This document shows, piece by piece, positions 1 through 8,760 of a stretch of DNA of 64,000 nucleotides (position 1 is its first letter; each line of letters starts with the position of its first letter). A model generated the notes under the pieces. It made no database searches. It worked only from the letters and a program-made list of their open reading frames with translations, and had not been told where the DNA came from. The DNA comes from a virus, in the UHGV virus genome UHGV-1366171; one strand, given 5' to 3'. Both the position numbers and the translations under genes were made by a program.

Positions 1-26
1 ATATAGAAACCGATGGTTATAAAAAT

Positions 27-500
27 ATGGAAGAGATAAATAACCAAACTAAAACCGAAGGTTATTTTGAAACACAAGAAGTAATTGGAGAAATAAAACT
101 CCAAAAAAAACCTAATGAAAATGTAAATGAAAATGTTAATGTAAATGAAAATGATAAAAAAACATATATGTGTGGTTTTGAACGTGTATGGAATGCATAC
201 CCAAGAAAAAAAGAAAAGGCCAAGGCCTATAAGTGTTATATGGCACGTTTGGCGGATGGATTTTCGGAAGACGAATTGGAGACAGCAGTTAAAAGATATG
301 CTGATGAGTGCAAAAAGAATCACACAGAGGAGCGTTATATCAAACTTGGTGCTACATTTTTAGGCCCTAACACTCCGTTTGTTGATTATCTAGGAGGAAT
401 GAAGGATGAACCTGAGAGAAAAATTGGAAAGCTTACATTCTCTGAGGAACTTAGACAAGCCGCAGAATCTTACAACGGAGATTTCGACGGATTTGAGTGA
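27..500 (+). CDS. phage replisome organizer, conserved phage C-terminal domain (ORF open to window start, probably 5'-partial)
   Basis: Motif ...FERVWNAYPRKK...YIKLGATFL...PF typical of the phage 'conserved C-terminus' replisome-organizer family; no in-frame stop between position 3 and 27. Confidence 0.5.
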   Translation: MEEINNQTKTEGYFETQEVIGEIKLQKKPNENVNENVNVNENDKKTYMCGFERVWNAYPRKKEKAKAYKCYMARLADGFSEDELETAVKRYADECKKNHTEERYIKLGATFLGPNTPFVDYLGGMKDEPERKIGKLTFSEELRQAAESYNGDFDGFE

Positions 501-1227
501 GTGTCCTGTATGTGGCGGAATCGGTTGGATAATAAGCATTAATGAGTTTGGGCAAAAAGAAGCGGTGTCTTGTAAATGCCGAGAAAACATACTTTTGAAA
601 CAAAGAATATCATTCGCTGATATTCCGCCGGTTTATAAAGAAACTCGACTTAATAACTTTACACTAAGTGCATATCAAAATCCGTCTGAAAAGAGGATTG
701 CTACAGCAGCCTGTAAGAAAATAAAAACATATCTCGATTATTTTAGTGAATATAAAAAATCTGGATTAGGCCTGTATCTGTATTCGGAGACAAAGGGAAG
801 CGGAAAAACAAGAATGGCTGCTAGTCTTGCAAATAAGTTTTTGGATGATGGTTATGTGGTTAAATTTGCTACAAGTTCTCGCATTCTGAATGCAATCAAA
901 AAAACTTATGACAAAGACAGTAAACAAAAAGAAAATGAGCTTTTGGAAGATTTGGCGACGACAGATATCTTGTTTATTGATGATTTTGGAAGTGAAAATC
1001 TCACAGGCTGGGTAAATGATAAATTTTATCACATTATTAACGAGCGATACATAAACAAAAAGTTGACTTTTTTCACAAGTAATGTAGCTGTTGAGCACCT
1101 TGATTATGATGATCGGATAAAAAGTCGAGTACAGGATATGACTTATCAGATACCATTTCCAGAGGAGAGCGTGCGACAGACGCAGGCAAGGGAGCGGAAT
1201 AAAAAATTGCTTTCTGAAATTTTGTAA
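406..1227 (+). CDS. DnaC/IstB-like AAA+ helicase loader with N-terminal CxxC zinc finger
   Basis: Walker A GSGKT, Walker B FIDDFG, N-terminal CPVCGG...CKC; RBS AGGAGG 392-397; overlaps upstream gene by ~95 nt. Confidence 0.7.
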   Translation: MNLREKLESLHSLRNLDKPQNLTTEISTDLSECPVCGGIGWIISINEFGQKEAVSCKCRENILLKQRISFADIPPVYKETRLNNFTLSAYQNPSEKRIATAACKKIKTYLDYFSEYKKSGLGLYLYSETKGSGKTRMAASLANKFLDDGYVVKFATSSRILNAIKKTYDKDSKQKENELLEDLATTDILFIDDFGSENLTGWVNDKFYHIINERYINKKLTFFTSNVAVEHLDYDDRIKSRVQDMTYQIPFPEESVRQTQARERNKKLLSEIL

Positions 1228-1284
1228 CTAGAATTAAAAATATATATCATACTAGGGATTGGAGAGTACCAGAAGGAGAAATAT

Positions 1285-1572
1285 ATGAAAATTAATCTTG
1301 ACGAGAAATATTTTGTTGAAACAGATCGGTTAAATTATATTTTGAAAGAGAGAGGCACATCAAGGAAGAGCGGAAGAGAGGTAGAGCGTACAATCGGGTA
1401 TTATGGTAGTATGACAACTTTGGCGGAAAGATATCTAGAAGAGCGACAAAAAGCGATTATGGACGATTCTACGGTTAATCTGGATGAATATGTAAAATTG
1501 GTTGAGGAAAGCAATCAAAAGGCTGTATCGAGATTATACGATGTTTTACGGCTATATCCAAAGAAAGGGTGA
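1285..1572 (+). CDS. hypothetical phage protein
   Basis: ORF with RBS (GGAGAA) 8 nt upstream; no recognisable motif. Confidence 0.4.
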   Translation: MKINLDEKYFVETDRLNYILKERGTSRKSGREVERTIGYYGSMTTLAERYLEERQKAIMDDSTVNLDEYVKLVEESNQKAVSRLYDVLRLYPKKG

Positions 1573-1934
1573 TAAGAATGATAGAGATTGAAAACATGAT
1601 TGATGAACGGCAGCAGAAGCTTCGCCAGATCGCAGATCACTACCAGGAAAAGCAGCTTTGGAAGCTGGCAGAGGAGTGCGGTGAGCTGGTCCAGGCATTG
1701 AGCAAGTATGTATTGACAGGGGACAAGTGCCCTGCGATTGAAGAGATCGCAGACGTAAAGAATGTGGCCCCGCAGGTGGAATATTTGTTAGAGATTGGGG
1801 ATGATGTGGAGCTGATGATGGAGTATAAGCTTGACCGTACAATCAAAGAGATGGAAAAGCGGCAAAAGAAAGTCTTAGAAAAACTGAACTGCGGAATAAC
1901 AGGTATGAGGAACTGGAAAAACAAGGACGCTTGA
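1569..1934 (+). CDS. MazG-like nucleotide pyrophosphohydrolase
   Basis: KLAEECGELVQAL ... EEIADV resembles the EExxE...ExxD metal-binding signature of small phage MazG proteins; ATGA overlap with previous gene. Confidence 0.45.
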   Translation: MIRMIEIENMIDERQQKLRQIADHYQEKQLWKLAEECGELVQALSKYVLTGDKCPAIEEIADVKNVAPQVEYLLEIGDDVELMMEYKLDRTIKEMEKRQKKVLEKLNCGITGMRNWKNKDA

Positions 1935-2179
1935 TAGTTCTTCCCGTTGCTGTCGGAAGTACTGTATACGAAATCATTGAAGAGTCTGTACCGTATCACC
2001 ATTTTTACATAAACAGCTATACAGTAGAGGATGTATCAGCAAAAGCTGTGATGTATGGTGGAGATTGGACAGATTTAAGCTACCCCAATTTATATTTTAG
2101 CTTGGCAGATGCAGAAAAGGCTTTGAAGAAAAGAAAGCAGGGGAATTCTCTATACAACGGAAATATTGGAAATATATAA
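1931..2179 (+). CDS. hypothetical protein
   Basis: translationally coupled ORF in operon. Confidence 0.3.
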   Translation: MIVLPVAVGSTVYEIIEESVPYHHFYINSYTVEDVSAKAVMYGGDWTDLSYPNLYFSLADAEKALKKRKQGNSLYNGNIGNI

Positions 2180-2618
2180 AATGAATGGAGAAAGAAAAAT
2201 GAGTAATAAGCTGAGGAGAAAAGTAAAATCATCGGGATATCCAATGAATGTCGCAAATTTTACTCTAAATCAAATATCAGATTTGACAAAATGCAGAGTA
2301 GATTCTCTTAAATTTTGGTGTGAAGCTAGAGAAAAAGAATTTGAAGATATTTATCAAAAAGAGGCACGAGAAAAACTAGAGAAAGCAGAAGACTATATTG
2401 CAGTGGCGAACATTTTGATTACTCTGGTTGCCATTAAAATGACTTGGGGATATACAAAGGCCAATCAAAGGTTACTCGAAAATTATAATGCGGCAACAGA
2501 GTATGTATCCAGAAATGGCATTGAAAAAACATATCAAGAATTGCAAAAGCAAATGGGAATTGAGTTAGAATTTGATTCAATGGATATTAACAAAGAATTT
2601 GGTTTTGGAGAATACTGA
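2166..2618 (+). CDS. hypothetical protein
   Basis: ORF, RBS-like GGAGAAAG upstream. Confidence 0.35.
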   Translation: MEIYKMNGERKMSNKLRRKVKSSGYPMNVANFTLNQISDLTKCRVDSLKFWCEAREKEFEDIYQKEAREKLEKAEDYIAVANILITLVAIKMTWGYTKANQRLLENYNAATEYVSRNGIEKTYQELQKQMGIELEFDSMDINKEFGFGEY

Positions 2619-2619
2619 T

Positions 2620-2838
2620 ATGAGGAAAATTAGTGAAATGTATAAAAGATCAGGAGGCTCATCATGGAGACATAATTGTGAAGAATGCAAACACTTCCAT
2701 CAAAATGGAAAAAAACTAAGATGTGATCTGTTTGAATCAGATGTATGTTGGAAATCAAATTATGTGGCTTGTAAATTTTTTGAAGAACCGGTACCGGAAG
2801 AAATTAATGGGCAATTAAATATCTTTGATATTTTGTAA
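2620..2838 (+). CDS. hypothetical Cys-rich small protein
   Basis: CEECKHF...C..C..C motifs; internal ATG with RBS GGAGAA chosen over track start 2572. Confidence 0.3.
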   Translation: MRKISEMYKRSGGSSWRHNCEECKHFHQNGKKLRCDLFESDVCWKSNYVACKFFEEPVPEEINGQLNIFDIL

Positions 2839-2846
2839 AATTAGAA

Positions 2847-2893
2847 AGGAGTCGGAGCCGCTGGCCAGCGAAGGGACGTCCCGGCTCCTTTTT
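2847..2893 (+). terminator. Rho-independent terminator
   Basis: GAGTCGGAGCCGCTGG...GGGACGTCCCGGCTCCTTTTT GC-rich hairpin followed by T-run. Confidence 0.6.
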
Positions 2894-2898
2894 AAAAT

Positions 2899-4116
2899 AT
2901 GGAAGATCGTGATTTATTGCAGTATGCTCTTGAACATGATATGATAAGTATGTCATATATTCAGGAACAAGTAAACATGAACAAAAGAAAGGAAATATTA
3001 GAAAAACACCCGTATAAAATTTGGGAAGGAAAAGACGGAAAATGGAGAACATATATTCTCGATGAAAATGGGAAAAGAATTTTAAAAAAGCTTTCGACGA
3101 AAAAAGCAGTGCAAAATATTATTGTGAGTTATTACGAGAATATAGAAAAAGCAAAGACTGAAGATTATAGCTTTCATTCATATTTTCAAAAATGGAAAGA
3201 AAAGCAGGTTTCTTATGGAGTTTCAAATAATACGTTGACAAAGTATGATTCGGATTATAAGCGATATTTTGAAAATTCGAAATTTGAAAAACTTGATATA
3301 AGAAAAATCAATGAAGAAGATATTACCGCTTTTGTTATTCAGCAAATCAAAAAGCTGAACCTCAAAGAAAAAGCGGGAAAATCGCTTATGGGATATATAA
3401 ACGGAGTTTTTAAACACGCGAGAATAAAAAGAATAATATCAGAAAACCCTTGCGAATACGTCGAAACAAGAAACTTTTCGAAGTTTTTTAATCGGGATAA
3501 AAAAAACCCTGAAGAAAGAACCATTAATACTAACGATTTGAATCTTTTATTGAAACAATTATATATTAGCCAAACCCAAAAACCTCATTATATACCGAAT
3601 TATGCGGTAGAATTAGCTATATATACCGGAATGAGAATTGGGGAAATAACTGCATTAAGGTGGGAAAATATTCGCGAAGATCTGGGGGTTATTGTAATAT
3701 GTTGCTCCGAAAAGCACGATAGAATAACTAAGGAATACATCGTTGATTCTACAAAAACCAGAAAAGAACGTCAATTCCCTATTACTCAAAAAATTTCAAG
3801 CTTACTTTATAAAGTGAAAAAAATAGAAATGCAGTATGGATTTCTTGGCGAATACATATTCCAGAATGAAAACGGAAAACTCCATTCTTCTTCTATCGCT
3901 CATTGTATACGTTATAGGTGTATACAGGCCGGAATTCCAGAAAAAAGCATCCAATCACTAAGGCGAACATTAAATTCAAAATTAAGATGTGCTGGTGTGT
4001 CAAGCATTGTTGCAGCATCAATGCTTGGACACACAGAAGAAGTTAATGCTTTAAATTATAGTTATGATATTTCTGAAATGGATTATAAAAGAGAGATATT
4101 ATCCGAGATTATTTGA
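2899..4116 (+). CDS. tyrosine site-specific integrase (phage integrase family)
   Basis: C-terminal catalytic region LAIYTGMRIGEITALRWENI ... LRRTLNSKL ... LGHTEEVNALNYSY (R, K, HxxR, Y nucleophile context). Confidence 0.8.
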   Translation: MEDRDLLQYALEHDMISMSYIQEQVNMNKRKEILEKHPYKIWEGKDGKWRTYILDENGKRILKKLSTKKAVQNIIVSYYENIEKAKTEDYSFHSYFQKWKEKQVSYGVSNNTLTKYDSDYKRYFENSKFEKLDIRKINEEDITAFVIQQIKKLNLKEKAGKSLMGYINGVFKHARIKRIISENPCEYVETRNFSKFFNRDKKNPEERTINTNDLNLLLKQLYISQTQKPHYIPNYAVELAIYTGMRIGEITALRWENIREDLGVIVICCSEKHDRITKEYIVDSTKTRKERQFPITQKISSLLYKVKKIEMQYGFLGEYIFQNENGKLHSSSIAHCIRYRCIQAGIPEKSIQSLRRTLNSKLRCAGVSSIVAASMLGHTEEVNALNYSYDISEMDYKREILSEII

Positions 4117-4128
4117 CTTAGGCAATAA

Positions 4129-4150
4129 AAAGGTAATCACGGGTAATCAA
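4129..4150. repeat. GGTAATCA direct repeats (2 copies), candidate integrase arm-type sites
   Basis: aGGTAATCAcgGGTAATCAaaa immediately 3' of the integrase gene. Confidence 0.4.
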
Positions 4151-4210
4151 AATGTTTGATAATCAAAAAAACGCGAAATCCTTGATTTTACAAGAAAAAA
4201 CGCGTTTTTA

Positions 4211-4245
4211 TGCATGGACCTGGCGGGAATCGAACCCGCGTCCAT
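4211..4245 (-). other. tRNA/tmRNA 3'-end fragment (T-arm GCGGGTTCGATTCCCGC), probable att core
   Basis: Reverse complement reads GGACGCGGGTTCGATTCCCGCCAGGTCCATGCA; no D-arm or anticodon arm upstream, so only the 3' portion is present. Confidence 0.5.
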
Positions 4246-4275
4246 ATCTGGAAATACCTATAAAACAAGGGTTTT

Positions 4276-4310
4276 TTGTATGAGGTAATCAAAAGGTAAT
4301 CAAAAAGGTA
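4276..4310. repeat. GGTAATCA direct repeats (3 copies)
   Basis: gaGGTAATCAaaaGGTAATCAaaaaGGTAATCAgac flanking the tRNA-like fragment. Confidence 0.4.
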
Positions 4311-4417
4311 ATCAGACATATGTTCGATTTAAGTTAAAGATAAGAGGAGGAAATCCTGAATATATGACATCGCAAAGGAATTTTGCGGTGATTTTTTGCA
4401 TTATGGGAGGATTTTCT

Positions 4418-5092
4418 ATGGCTGAACGATATACGAGATATTCAACAGTAAATGATGTGATGAAAGAATTTTTGATCTATGGAGCAGAATTGACGAAAAT
4501 GGGGTATCCAATACTTCCGATGGTACAAACCGTACCATCTAACACCGTAGATTTTTCCGAAAGCTTATCGAGAAAATTGAAGGGACATAAACGATTGAAT
4601 GTGAATTTCTTTGTGGACGATGAAAAATTTGAACGTTTGTACTCAGCACCAGATAGATATATAGAACATCTTAAATGTTTTGAATCAATTTGTGGTCTTG
4701 ATTTTTCCATTGATACACAGATGCCGCTTGTTATGCAGATGTGGAATAAGTACCGAAGCATGGCCTTAGATTGGTATTTAACTTTACAGGGCATTAAAGT
4801 TATCCCAAATGTAAATATTGTCCCGTATGAGGGGCGAAAATGGCTTTTAGATGGGATTCCTAAATATAGTACAGTATGTTGCAGTACAAACGGAAGAATA
4901 AGGTCTAAAAGAGCTAGAGAAGAATTTTGTGACGGTTTTTATCAGATGTGTAGCAAATTAGAACCAACAAGAATTATAGTTGTGGGGAGGCTGCCAGATG
5001 AATTGAGGGATTTAACAAAAGTTATAAATCTTAAAGCAAGAAATCAAAGAATGAATGAAAGATTCGGAAAGGATAAATATGGGGACAAGTAG
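4418..5092 (+). CDS. hypothetical protein (DUF4417-like)
   Basis: Start moved to ATG 4418 with RBS GGGAGG; family assignment from memory of DUF4417 profile, not verified. Confidence 0.3.
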   Translation: MAERYTRYSTVNDVMKEFLIYGAELTKMGYPILPMVQTVPSNTVDFSESLSRKLKGHKRLNVNFFVDDEKFERLYSAPDRYIEHLKCFESICGLDFSIDTQMPLVMQMWNKYRSMALDWYLTLQGIKVIPNVNIVPYEGRKWLLDGIPKYSTVCCSTNGRIRSKRAREEFCDGFYQMCSKLEPTRIIVVGRLPDELRDLTKVINLKARNQRMNERFGKDKYGDK

Positions 5093-5224
5093 TGAGAATA
5101 ATGAGCGATATAAACGAAGAAGGAAAGAGCAAGAAGAAAGATCCGAAAAAACACGTCGTCAGTTAGAGCAAATGATTAAGGATAGAATATTGACAAAATA
5201 AATTTTTCGATTTTTGTGCAAATT

Positions 5225-5266
5225 GACAGCTCAAGTTTATACACTGTGTATACATATAGGCGCTAT
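5225..5266 (+). promoter_or_regulatory. promoter-like TTGACA with overlapping 15-bp palindrome TATACACTGTGTATA (operator-like)
   Basis: perfect inverted repeat TATACAC-T-GTGTATA at about 5250-5264 overlapping the -10 region. Confidence 0.3.
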
Positions 5267-5710
5267 TGTACAAAATTTGATCTATAAGGTGCTTTTTCTC
5301 CTGTAGGTTTTTTGCCCGTTTTTTAATTTCGATATTTTTTATATATCAGGCCGATTCTTGTTCTAAACTGAAACGATAAACAGAACAGCGCATTCTTTAC
5401 GTACTCCAAAACTTATGCTGAACACGTTAAACGGCTCTAAAATCGTTTGTAACTCGTTTGGACATTATAACCTACCTATGCGATCAAAAAACGGCTAAAA
5501 GCCCTTTAAACACTTATAGCATAGCATTGTAATATATGGTTGTCAATGTACATTTTTATGGTCCATGTCGTTTTAATTTGCCTTATATAGCGTTTTTGAA
5601 ATGTAACGTTGCTTTCCGGTGATTGCGTTTTAAACATCTCAAAATAGGGAATACACGCTTGTAGAACCGTGCCGGCCGGAATTGAACCAGCTAAAAAGCA
5701 CCAGAGCACA

Positions 5711-5733
5711 GGAAAAAGGCAGGGGAAAACCTG
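5711..5733 (-). terminator. Rho-independent terminator of minus-strand gene 5735..6028
   Basis: GGCAGG-ggaaaa-CCTGCC hairpin; T-run on minus strand. Confidence 0.5.
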
Positions 5734-5734
5734 C

Positions 5735-6028
5735 CTAAAGTAAACCATATTCACGACACACACTTTCAAGCCATGCTGTATAATGTCGCGTCCATTTTTG
5801 AGATGTATTTTTTAACATTTTACCGGATAAATTCATTCTTTTTAGCGATACATCAGAAAATTTTGTTGTTGTATCGCTTGTTTTTTCAATTTTTGCCGAT
5901 ATTTTTACGCTGTCATTTATGGCTGTGAATATATCGTCGCGTCTGTCTATATGTAAGGTTAGCTTTTCCTCATCATAAATATTTATGTTATTACCATTCT
6001 TTTTTATTTCCATTCTGGAAACCTCCAT
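5735..6028 (-). CDS. hypothetical protein
   Basis: minus-strand ORF with GGAGG RBS (plus-strand AACCTCCATTTTTT) and downstream terminator. Confidence 0.45.
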   Translation of the reverse strand: MEVSRMEIKKNGNNINIYDEEKLTLHIDRRDDIFTAINDSVKISAKIEKTSDTTTKFSDVSLKRMNLSGKMLKNTSQKWTRHYTAWLESVCREYGLL

Positions 6029-6081
6029 TTTTTAATTTTATCACATGAACAATCCTGGCGCAATGCCAGGAAAGTCGGTTA

Positions 6082-6339
6082 CTATGAAATTTTTAAATAT
6101 TTTTTAGACGCAGCTATAACATCATCCGTACAACCACAATCTAATATTTTTCGTGCGAGTGTATTAATGCGGTATTTTGATAGACAACAAAAAGCGCGGA
6201 TATAATCACATGATGCGCGGCCCGTCCATATATACCACGATAGATCACCGGCCAGGTTTTCAGCAGTCCTGCTGTCTGAAATATGCCACAATGCCATTTT
6301 TAAAGCAAAAATTGTATTTTCAATTTTTTCGCGACTCAT
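6082..6339 (-). CDS. hypothetical protein
   Basis: minus-strand ORF with purine-rich RBS. Confidence 0.35.
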   Translation of the reverse strand: MSREKIENTIFALKMALWHISDSRTAENLAGDLSWYIWTGRASCDYIRAFCCLSKYRINTLARKILDCGCTDDVIAASKKYLKIS

Positions 6340-6382
6340 ATTTTCACTTTCTTCCCTTTTCCCTGGGAGCTAGGATATACAA

Positions 6383-6425
6383 AAGGCACCGGACGGAATC
6401 GAACCGCCCGCAATGGCTCCAGCGT
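6383..6425 (-). other. second tRNA 3'-end fragment (T-arm GGCGGTTCGATTCCGTC + acceptor 3' strand), different from the 4211 fragment
   Basis: reverse complement ...GCGGGCGGTTCGATTCCGTCCGGTGCCT; no matching 5' acceptor strand within 100 nt. Confidence 0.45.
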
Positions 6426-6768
6426 GCTTATTTTCCAATAATTTCAAGGTAATGGTTGGCGGTTATGTGGCTAGTCACAAATAAAATCCCCTTGCACACC
6501 TGTCACAATAATCATTTTCCCATCGCGTCGTCTATACACAATTCCGCAACCGTGCGAAAAAGAAGACCACACAAGCCATCCAGGAGGCGTGACTTTTTAT
6601 TTGTTGGCTGGGAAATAGGAAAAGAGTTCTAAGACTTTCATTTTAATAAAAGTTTCGCTGTGATCTTGTCCAGTTCTCGAAAGCTCTTTTCAATTTTCTT
6701 CATTGACTTTTCCCGCTTTTTTAAAGCTTTCTGAAGCTTTTGATCTGGTGCAAATTGTAACTTTAACA

Positions 6769-6866
6769 TTGATTTTTACCTTTTCACCCTGTTATAATGG
6801 GTTTTCCTTTCTTTTTGATTGGTGCCGCTGGTTTAGCTACTCAGGCCGTTCAGCGGCTTTTTTGTT
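6769..6866 (+). ncRNA. candidate short transcript (consensus promoter directly followed by intrinsic terminator)
   Basis: TTGATT-N17-TATAAT at 6769-6802, then CCGCTGG...CAGCGG hairpin + TTTTTTG at about 6826-6866. Confidence 0.25.
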
Positions 6867-6938
6867 TGTTCCTCCGCTCTGCATTTTTCCAGGCTTGCGA
6901 CTAGCTTCGGCTGCATTAGAGGGCCGGACGTGTCCGGC

Positions 6939-7148
6939 TTAATGTCCGCAGTCAAATTCTGGTGTATCTTCAGCAAGTTTTCTAATATTTTGATTAAGTG
7001 TATGTTTTTCATTGTATTTTAAAGTTTCCACTTTTTTCGTTGCGCGGTTAAAAACAGTTGATGAACCGGTAGCAATATCGCTATCAAGTACTTTACAGAT
7101 TTGAATTGTTCCGTTTACCATTTTCCCAACATATACAGATTTTAACAT
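6939..7148 (-). CDS. hypothetical small protein
   Basis: minus ORF, GGAGG RBS (plus CCTCC at 7156-7160), terminator hairpin GCCGGACGTGTCCGGC at its 3' end. Confidence 0.45.
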   Translation of the reverse strand: MLKSVYVGKMVNGTIQICKVLDSDIATGSSTVFNRATKKVETLKYNEKHTLNQNIRKLAEDTPEFDCGH

Positions 7149-7221
7149 CTTTCTACCTCCTATTGTTTGGCTTTTAATGATTGTTTTTGTGTTCCTTTGA
7201 TGATTATATTATAGCATAATT

Positions 7222-7324
7222 AAGCGCTAATTCAATATGTAATAACTAACAAATTAAACACTAATATTAGGCTGAAAATTGTGCGCTTTTATTAAACGCT
7301 AATGCTTGACTATTAAACACTAAT
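7222..7324. repeat. reiterated 12-bp motif TTAARCRCTAAT (4 copies) upstream of DUF4160 operon
   Basis: TTAAGCGCTAAT 7222, TTAAACACTAAT 7254, TTAAACGCTAAT 7293, TTAAACACTAAT 7313. Confidence 0.6.
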
Positions 7325-7334
7325 ATATTATAAT
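7306..7334 (+). promoter_or_regulatory. consensus sigma-A promoter with operator motif in spacer
   Basis: TTGACT-attaaacactaatatat(17)-TATAAT. Confidence 0.6.
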
Positions 7335-7364
7335 ATAGGCACAAACAGAAAGGGAGTGAACGAA

Positions 7365-7616
7365 ATGCCAGAAATAAGCAGATTTTACGGAATAGTAATA
7401 AAGATGTTCTTCAAGCCAAAAGAACATGAACCAAGTCATATACATGCTTTATATGGCGAGTATGTCGGAATTTTTGACTTGCAGAGCATGGAAATGACAG
7501 AGGGAGACTTACCAAAGAAAGCGCAGGAGCTTATAAAGGAATGGCTTTATAAGAATCAAGAAGAACTTTTAAAAATGTGGGAAACTCAAAAATTAAGGAA
7601 ACTGCCGCCGTTATAA
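7365..7616 (+). CDS. DUF4160 family protein
   Basis: MPEISRFYGIVIKMFFKPKEHEPSHIHALYGEY matches the DUF4160 N-terminal signature; RBS GGGAG. Confidence 0.6.
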   Translation: MPEISRFYGIVIKMFFKPKEHEPSHIHALYGEYVGIFDLQSMEMTEGDLPKKAQELIKEWLYKNQEELLKMWETQKLRKLPPL

Positions 7617-7644
7617 GCGGCTTTTTCCCGTGGGAGGTGGCGAA

Positions 7645-7896
7645 ATGATACCAAGAATAAAGAGCGTAAAACCACATGAAAATTATATTTTATATGTTAT
7701 TTTTGATGATGGGAAAGAATGCTTGTATAATGTAAAAGAAGATATAGACAGCATAGAACAGTATAAGGATTTGGAAACAATACAAGGACTTTTTGAACAA
7801 GCACAGCTTGACGAAAGTCGAACGTGCGTTTTTTGGAATGAATATATTGATCTAGCAAGTGACACAATATATGAATACGGGAAAGAGGTTGAATAA
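7645..7896 (+). CDS. DUF2442 family protein
   Basis: MIPRIKSVKPHENYILYVIFDDGKE... classic partner of DUF4160; RBS GGGAGGTGG. Confidence 0.6.
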   Translation: MIPRIKSVKPHENYILYVIFDDGKECLYNVKEDIDSIEQYKDLETIQGLFEQAQLDESRTCVFWNEYIDLASDTIYEYGKEVE

Positions 7897-8093
7897 TGGC
7901 AGATAAGAAGAAAATTGATCCAGAATTAAACCGGGCAAGAGTCAAGGCAACTATGGCAAAAAGAGACAGAATAAATATAATTTTGCCAGAAGGTACAAAT
8001 GACAGAATAGATGCTTTAGGGTTTAAGCGGTCCGATTTTGCAAAAACGCTAATTTTAACGGAATTAGACAGATTAGAAAAGATGAAAAAATAA
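7896..8093 (+). CDS. ribbon-helix-helix (CopG/Arc-like) DNA-binding protein
   Basis: beta-strand INIILPEG followed by two helices; ATGA overlap with upstream gene. Confidence 0.45.
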   Translation: MADKKKIDPELNRARVKATMAKRDRINIILPEGTNDRIDALGFKRSDFAKTLILTELDRLEKMKK

Positions 8094-8136
8094 ACACTAA
8101 TTTTTTAGATAACTATTGACAATTAAACACTAATAT
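8093..8136. repeat. TTAAACACTAAT motif, 2 more copies
   Basis: AAACACTAAT at 8093 and TTAAACACTAAT at 8125. Confidence 0.55.
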
Positions 8137-8140
8137 GATA
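8112..8140 (+). promoter_or_regulatory. second consensus promoter with same operator in spacer
   Basis: TTGACA-attaaacactaatatga(17)-TATAAT. Confidence 0.6.
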
Positions 8141-8198
8141 TAATAAAGACAGTTTAAGGAAGGGCAAGACCTTAGCAGAAAGAAAGGAGTAAACCAGA

Positions 8199-8363
8199 AT
8201 GGAGGAAGTAAGGGAAATGACAGAAAAAGAAATGCAGACAGTTAAAATGTCCACGCTGTACGAATTGAGATTGATTTTTACACAAGGGGAAAAGAAACAG
8301 TACAGCACTGAAGAAATTGTAGAACTCTTAGATAAAATAGCGACAGCAAAAGACCAGAAATAA
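8199..8363 (+). CDS. hypothetical small protein (54 aa)
   Basis: RBS AAAGGAG 8183-8189; below ORF-track cutoff. Confidence 0.35.
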   Translation: MEEVREMTEKEMQTVKMSTLYELRLIFTQGEKKQYSTEEIVELLDKIATAKDQK

Positions 8364-8532
8364 GGTAATCAGGGAGGGCGGGCTTGCCACCGCTCCCCAC
8401 ATGAAATTATGAAAAGGGGAAAAACAATGAAAACGATAGAAACGATTGAGAATTACAGAAAAGGTACAACGATAGATCTTTATTGTAATTATGGAGTCCT
8501 GAACTCAGAAAAAATGAATGTGTACACATAAA

Positions 8533-8760
8533 ATGATCGAAAAATATACACATTACGGTGTTAATGTAGTGTATCAGATAATAGATACATTTAAAAATAA
8601 TAATTTTAGACAAGAGCTGAAAGAAAATGGTATAGCATGGACTGATTTGCCAATTCTCGATACGGATGTTTTAACATACGTAAAAGACGGCATCACAAAA
8701 TATGCCTGCATCAAAAAGGGCGCCGAATATGCGGAGAGAGTCTATACCTATGCCACTTAA
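8533..8760 (+). CDS. hypothetical protein
   Basis: ORF (internal ATG chosen). Confidence 0.3.
   Translation: MIEKYTHYGVNVVYQIIDTFKNNNFRQELKENGIAWTDLPILDTDVLTYVKDGITKYACIKKGAEYAERVYTYAT

Noticed and set aside
2804-3052. 82-aa minus-strand ORF
   Set aside because: Overlaps the terminator hairpin and the 5' end of the integrase gene; no RBS; shadow ORF
4211-4245. Possible complete tRNA gene next to the integrase
   Set aside because: Only the T-arm and 3' acceptor strand are present; the 80 nt upstream on that strand cannot form D or anticodon arms, so it is a fragment (att remnant)
8363-8400. GC-rich hairpin GGGAGGGCGGGCTTGCCACCGCTCCCC as a terminator
   Set aside because: Imperfect stem and no downstream T-run; more likely coincidental GC-rich spacer, though it contains one more GGTAATCA copy just upstream
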